Source: Nitrospinaceae bacterium
Lineage (GTDB): Bacteria; Nitrospinota; Nitrospinia; Nitrospinales; Nitrospinaceae
Assembly (NCBI GenBank): GCA_965237905.1
Contig: OZ250172.1
Location: 3,022,608 to 3,086,607 of the forward strand
DNA length: 64,000 bases
Direction of reading: 5' to 3'
Under the pieces are notes generated by a model that was not told where the DNA came from, made no database searches, and saw only the letters and a program-made list of their open reading frames with translations. This document shows, in pieces, positions 61,389 to 64,000 of this stretch. A program made the translations under genes and the position numbers. Position 1 is the stretch's first letter, and each line of letters opens with the position of its first letter.

Positions 61389-62920
61389 GTGAGGATCCTC
61401 TTAATGGCTTCCGGGACTCTATCCAGAAGATCGCTGGCGATGAGCGGGATTTCATGATTGGCTTCCGCGTAAAGGTCACCCGCCATTCCATGAATGAAAG
61501 CTCCCGCCGCGGTTGCAGAAGGCACACTCAATCCTTGTGAGACCAATCCTGCGATCAAGCCGGTCAACACGTCTCCGGACCCGGCTGTTGCCATACCAGG
61601 GTTGCCCGTGGGATTGACCAGTACCGTGCCATCGGCAAATGCTACCAAAGTGCGGGCTCCCTTAAGGAGGAGGGTGACCTCATGCTCCTGCGCGAACTCA
61701 CCCGCCCGTCCAATCCTCTGGTTCAGAATATCCTGCACGCTCCATCCCGAAAGACGGGACATTTCCTTCGGATGGGGGGTTAATACCGTTTCGGCCTGGA
61801 TTTGGCCGAGGAGCTTTCCGCTTTTACCGAGGGCATTAATTCCATCGGCATCGATGATCAATGGGCACTCTACTTGAGGCAGGAGGGCTTCCAGCAACTG
61901 AACCGTTTCCTTATCAGTGGACAGTCCCGGTCCGATAGCCAGTGCGGTTTTCCCTTTCAGGCTGTTTATGATGGCATCTATGGCTTTTGTGGAGATACAT
62001 CCGCTTTTGGTTTCCGGCAAAGCCACGGTCATGGTTTCCAGAGGATTGAATTCGAGGGCTTGATGGCAGGATTCGGGAACCGCCAGGGTGACCAACCCCG
62101 CTCCGGCTCGTAAAGCGGCCAAACCCGTCAACCCGGCAGCGCCCCCCTTGCCTTTGGAACCCGCGACCACCAGAGTGTGCCCGTATTCTCCTTTATGGGT
62201 ATTGGTGGGCCTTTTGGGTATCAACGATTGAATATCCTCCAATTCCAGCCAGGCCACCGGGATAGTTTGCTTCTCAACGGCCTCATGGGGAATGCTGATG
62301 TCGAGTATCTGGACTTCGCCCATACTCTCTGCGGCGGGGAACAAGAGATGACTGCGTTTCAACAGTGCCAGTGCGGCGGTAATGTTGGCCTTGATATGCG
62401 GGCCGATCAAATGACCCGAGTCGGAATCCACTCCAGAAGGGATATCGACCGCGACCACGTATTTCTTGGCGGCGTTTATTTTTTTGATGACCTTCTCGTA
62501 AAGCCCTCCGACAGGTTTGGAAAGACCGGTGCCGAACAAGGCATCGATAATGATGTGGCAGTGACGGAGGAGGTGGCTTTGCGTATTAAGATTTTTATCG
62601 GTGATTTCATGAATGGGGATTCCCATTTTGAACGCGATGTCGGCATTGACTCGGGCGTCGGATTTCAATTGCTGTCTTTTCCCCAACAAAAGGACATCCG
62701 CTTGCACGCCGTCAATAAACAAATGGCGGGCGATTACAAATCCGTCTCCGCCATTGTTGCCTTTGCCGCATACGATAACGACTTTTTTCTCCAACAGATC
62801 AGGAACGGTTTCATGAACCAGTGCCGCGTTTTCCATCAGCACCAGACCGGGAATGCCAAATTCTTCAATCGCGGAGCGGTCAATCGCCTGCATTTCACTT
62901 GCGGTAACAACCTTTTGCAA
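61385..62920 (-). CDS. nnr: Bifunctional NAD(P)H-hydrate epimerase/dehydratase
   Basis: LMENA, CGKGNNGGDG, DALFGTG, DIPSG, HKGEYG, TPHPKE, MATAGSGDVL. Confidence 0.95.
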   Translation of the reverse strand: MQKVVTASEMQAIDRSAIEEFGIPGLVLMENAALVHETVPDLLEKKVVIVCGKGNNGGDGFVIARHLFIDGVQADVLLLGKRQQLKSDARVNADIAFKMGIPIHEITDKNLNTQSHLLRHCHIIIDALFGTGLSKPVGGLYEKVIKKINAAKKYVVAVDIPSGVDSDSGHLIGPHIKANITAALALLKRSHLLFPAAESMGEVQILDISIPHEAVEKQTIPVAWLELEDIQSLIPKRPTNTHKGEYGHTLVVAGSKGKGGAAGLTGLAALRAGAGLVTLAVPESCHQALEFNPLETMTVALPETKSGCISTKAIDAIINSLKGKTALAIGPGLSTDKETVQLLEALLPQVECPLIIDADGINALGKSGKLLGQIQAETVLTPHPKEMSRLSGWSVQDILNQRIGRAGEFAQEHEVTLLLKGARTLVAFADGTVLVNPTGNPGMATAGSGDVLTGLIAGLVSQGLSVPSATAAGAFIHGMAGDLYAEANHEIPLIASDLLDRVPEAIKRILT

Positions 62921-63047
62921 AGGGACCTCAAAAGATAAAAACTAACGTGGATTCAAAGAGAACAGACTGATTTTATAGTTCCGTCTCATTCGGTTTCATT
63001 CTAGCAAATATACTTGCAGGGAGGGGATGCCATTTGGTGATGTTTCA

Positions 63048-63716
63048 TCAGAGGACATAGGGATTTTGCTCCAATGCTTTCAGTGCCATTTCCTTCGGCC
63101 CAGGCGGGACGGAGTTGATCACCTTGGCTAGTGTGGGGTCCTCTGGATCGGAAAACCGCTTCAGTTGTGGGAAGTCCTGTCCAAAATCCGGTGATCTTAG
63201 TAATTGCTTTCTTTCTTCGGGACTCATTGGATTGAATCGTTCCGGTGCGATGAGAAAGGTGGTATTAAAAAAATATTCAAGGAGGAATCGATTGAAGTCC
63301 AATGCCTGCCCTTCCATCTCAGGAAACAGTTTCCGGCGCTCCGCTTCATCGCTATAACTGTAATCTTCTACGATATCGAGAAGACAATCGTATAGAAAAC
63401 ACAGGTGATAGCAATTCATAGTAAACCAGGTTTGACTATGAGTCATGCTGGTGAATAAACGGTGCGACAGATCACTCAGGATTTCGGTTCTTCCCAAACG
63501 GGAAGCATGAGGAAATAGAATGTCCAGCCGATTGGATATTTCCAGGTCCTCCATGTTTTCGACTTCCTGAAACAGGTTTTGGGCGTTGGACAGTGCATTA
63601 TAAATAAAGTTGAAGGGGAGGGGGCTCAGGTCTTCTTCATCCCGAAACTCTTTAGCTCCGGAAGAATTTTTCGGACGGAGGGGGTCCAGGTAAATATTTT
63701 TTTTAAACACCAGCAT
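63048..63716 (-). CDS. Hypothetical protein, paralogue of 47434..48294
   Basis: LFPHA...WFTMNCYHLCFLYDC...LDF-x6-YF motif shared with the 47 kb gene. Confidence 0.75.
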   Translation of the reverse strand: MLVFKKNIYLDPLRPKNSSGAKEFRDEEDLSPLPFNFIYNALSNAQNLFQEVENMEDLEISNRLDILFPHASRLGRTEILSDLSHRLFTSMTHSQTWFTMNCYHLCFLYDCLLDIVEDYSYSDEAERRKLFPEMEGQALDFNRFLLEYFFNTTFLIAPERFNPMSPEERKQLLRSPDFGQDFPQLKRFSDPEDPTLAKVINSVPPGPKEMALKALEQNPYVL

Positions 63717-63726
63717 GATGTTTGAG

Positions 63727-64000
63727 TTAAGGTTCGATACCCCAAATCAGACGGCAATATTCGCGGATGGATCGGTCGCTTGAAAAGGACCCCATATTAG
63801 CAGAATTGATAATGGATTTGCGGGTCCAGGCCTCAGGTTCCAGATACAGGGCTTCCACCTTTTTCTGGGTCTCCACGTAATCGCCGAAATCGGCAAGCAC
63901 CCGATAAGAATCGCCATGATTCAGAAGTGAGTCCACCAGCGGCAAAAATATGTGAGGATGATCGGGAGCGAAGTATCCGTCCCGGATCATGTCAAGCGCC
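63727..64000 (-). CDS. glgP: Glycogen/starch phosphorylase, C-terminal part
   Basis: LVDSLL-x2-GD-x-Y-x-VLADF, W-x2-KSI-x-N, FSSDRSIREY...IW. Confidence 0.92.
   Translation of the reverse strand, partial: ALDMIRDGYFAPDHPHIFLPLVDSLLNHGDSYRVLADFGDYVETQKKVEALYLEPEAWTRKSIINSANMGSFSSDRSIREYCRLIWGIEP

Noticed and set aside
62800..62836. nnr segment MENAALVHETVPD looks a few residues shorter than usual
   Set aside because: In-frame, in a length-variable helix, with catalytic motifs intact; cannot be assessed without an alignment.

Overview
Bacterial chromosomal window, gene-dense and mostly housekeeping: argS, rarA, serB, rsmE, scpA, cysE, cysteine desulfurase, kdsB, pyrG, lptF, lipA, a yejABEF-like peptide ABC transporter, ispG, tig, metK, the lptC-lptA-lptB-rpoN-hpf-ptsN-ptsI cluster, tsaE, nnr and the 3' end of glgP. 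The accessory genes (tandem DUF3365-like diheme protein, TPR/carboxypeptidase-regulatory-like protein, pilin-like pair) resemble Nitrospinota-type nitrite oxidisers; this taxonomy is inference from recall, not a search. I saw no rRNA, tRNA, CRISPR array, integrase or transposase. The most unusual structure is a hotspot at about 13.2-19.0 kb, where three small cargo islets (Sel1 gene plus membrane protein; higBA; two secreted Sel1 genes) are each bounded by direct repeats made of duplicated ends of neighbouring core genes, with no recombinase gene nearby. Other candidates: a wcaJ-like gene split at a canonical A_AAA_AAG -1 slippery site, an unannotated 29-aa membrane protein, an amicyanin-like copper loop with Met replaced by Leu, an orphan radical SAM/SPASM enzyme with a structured leader and possible precursor ORF, two paralogues of an unknown family, and a possible AUU start. 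All product calls come from motif recognition only.
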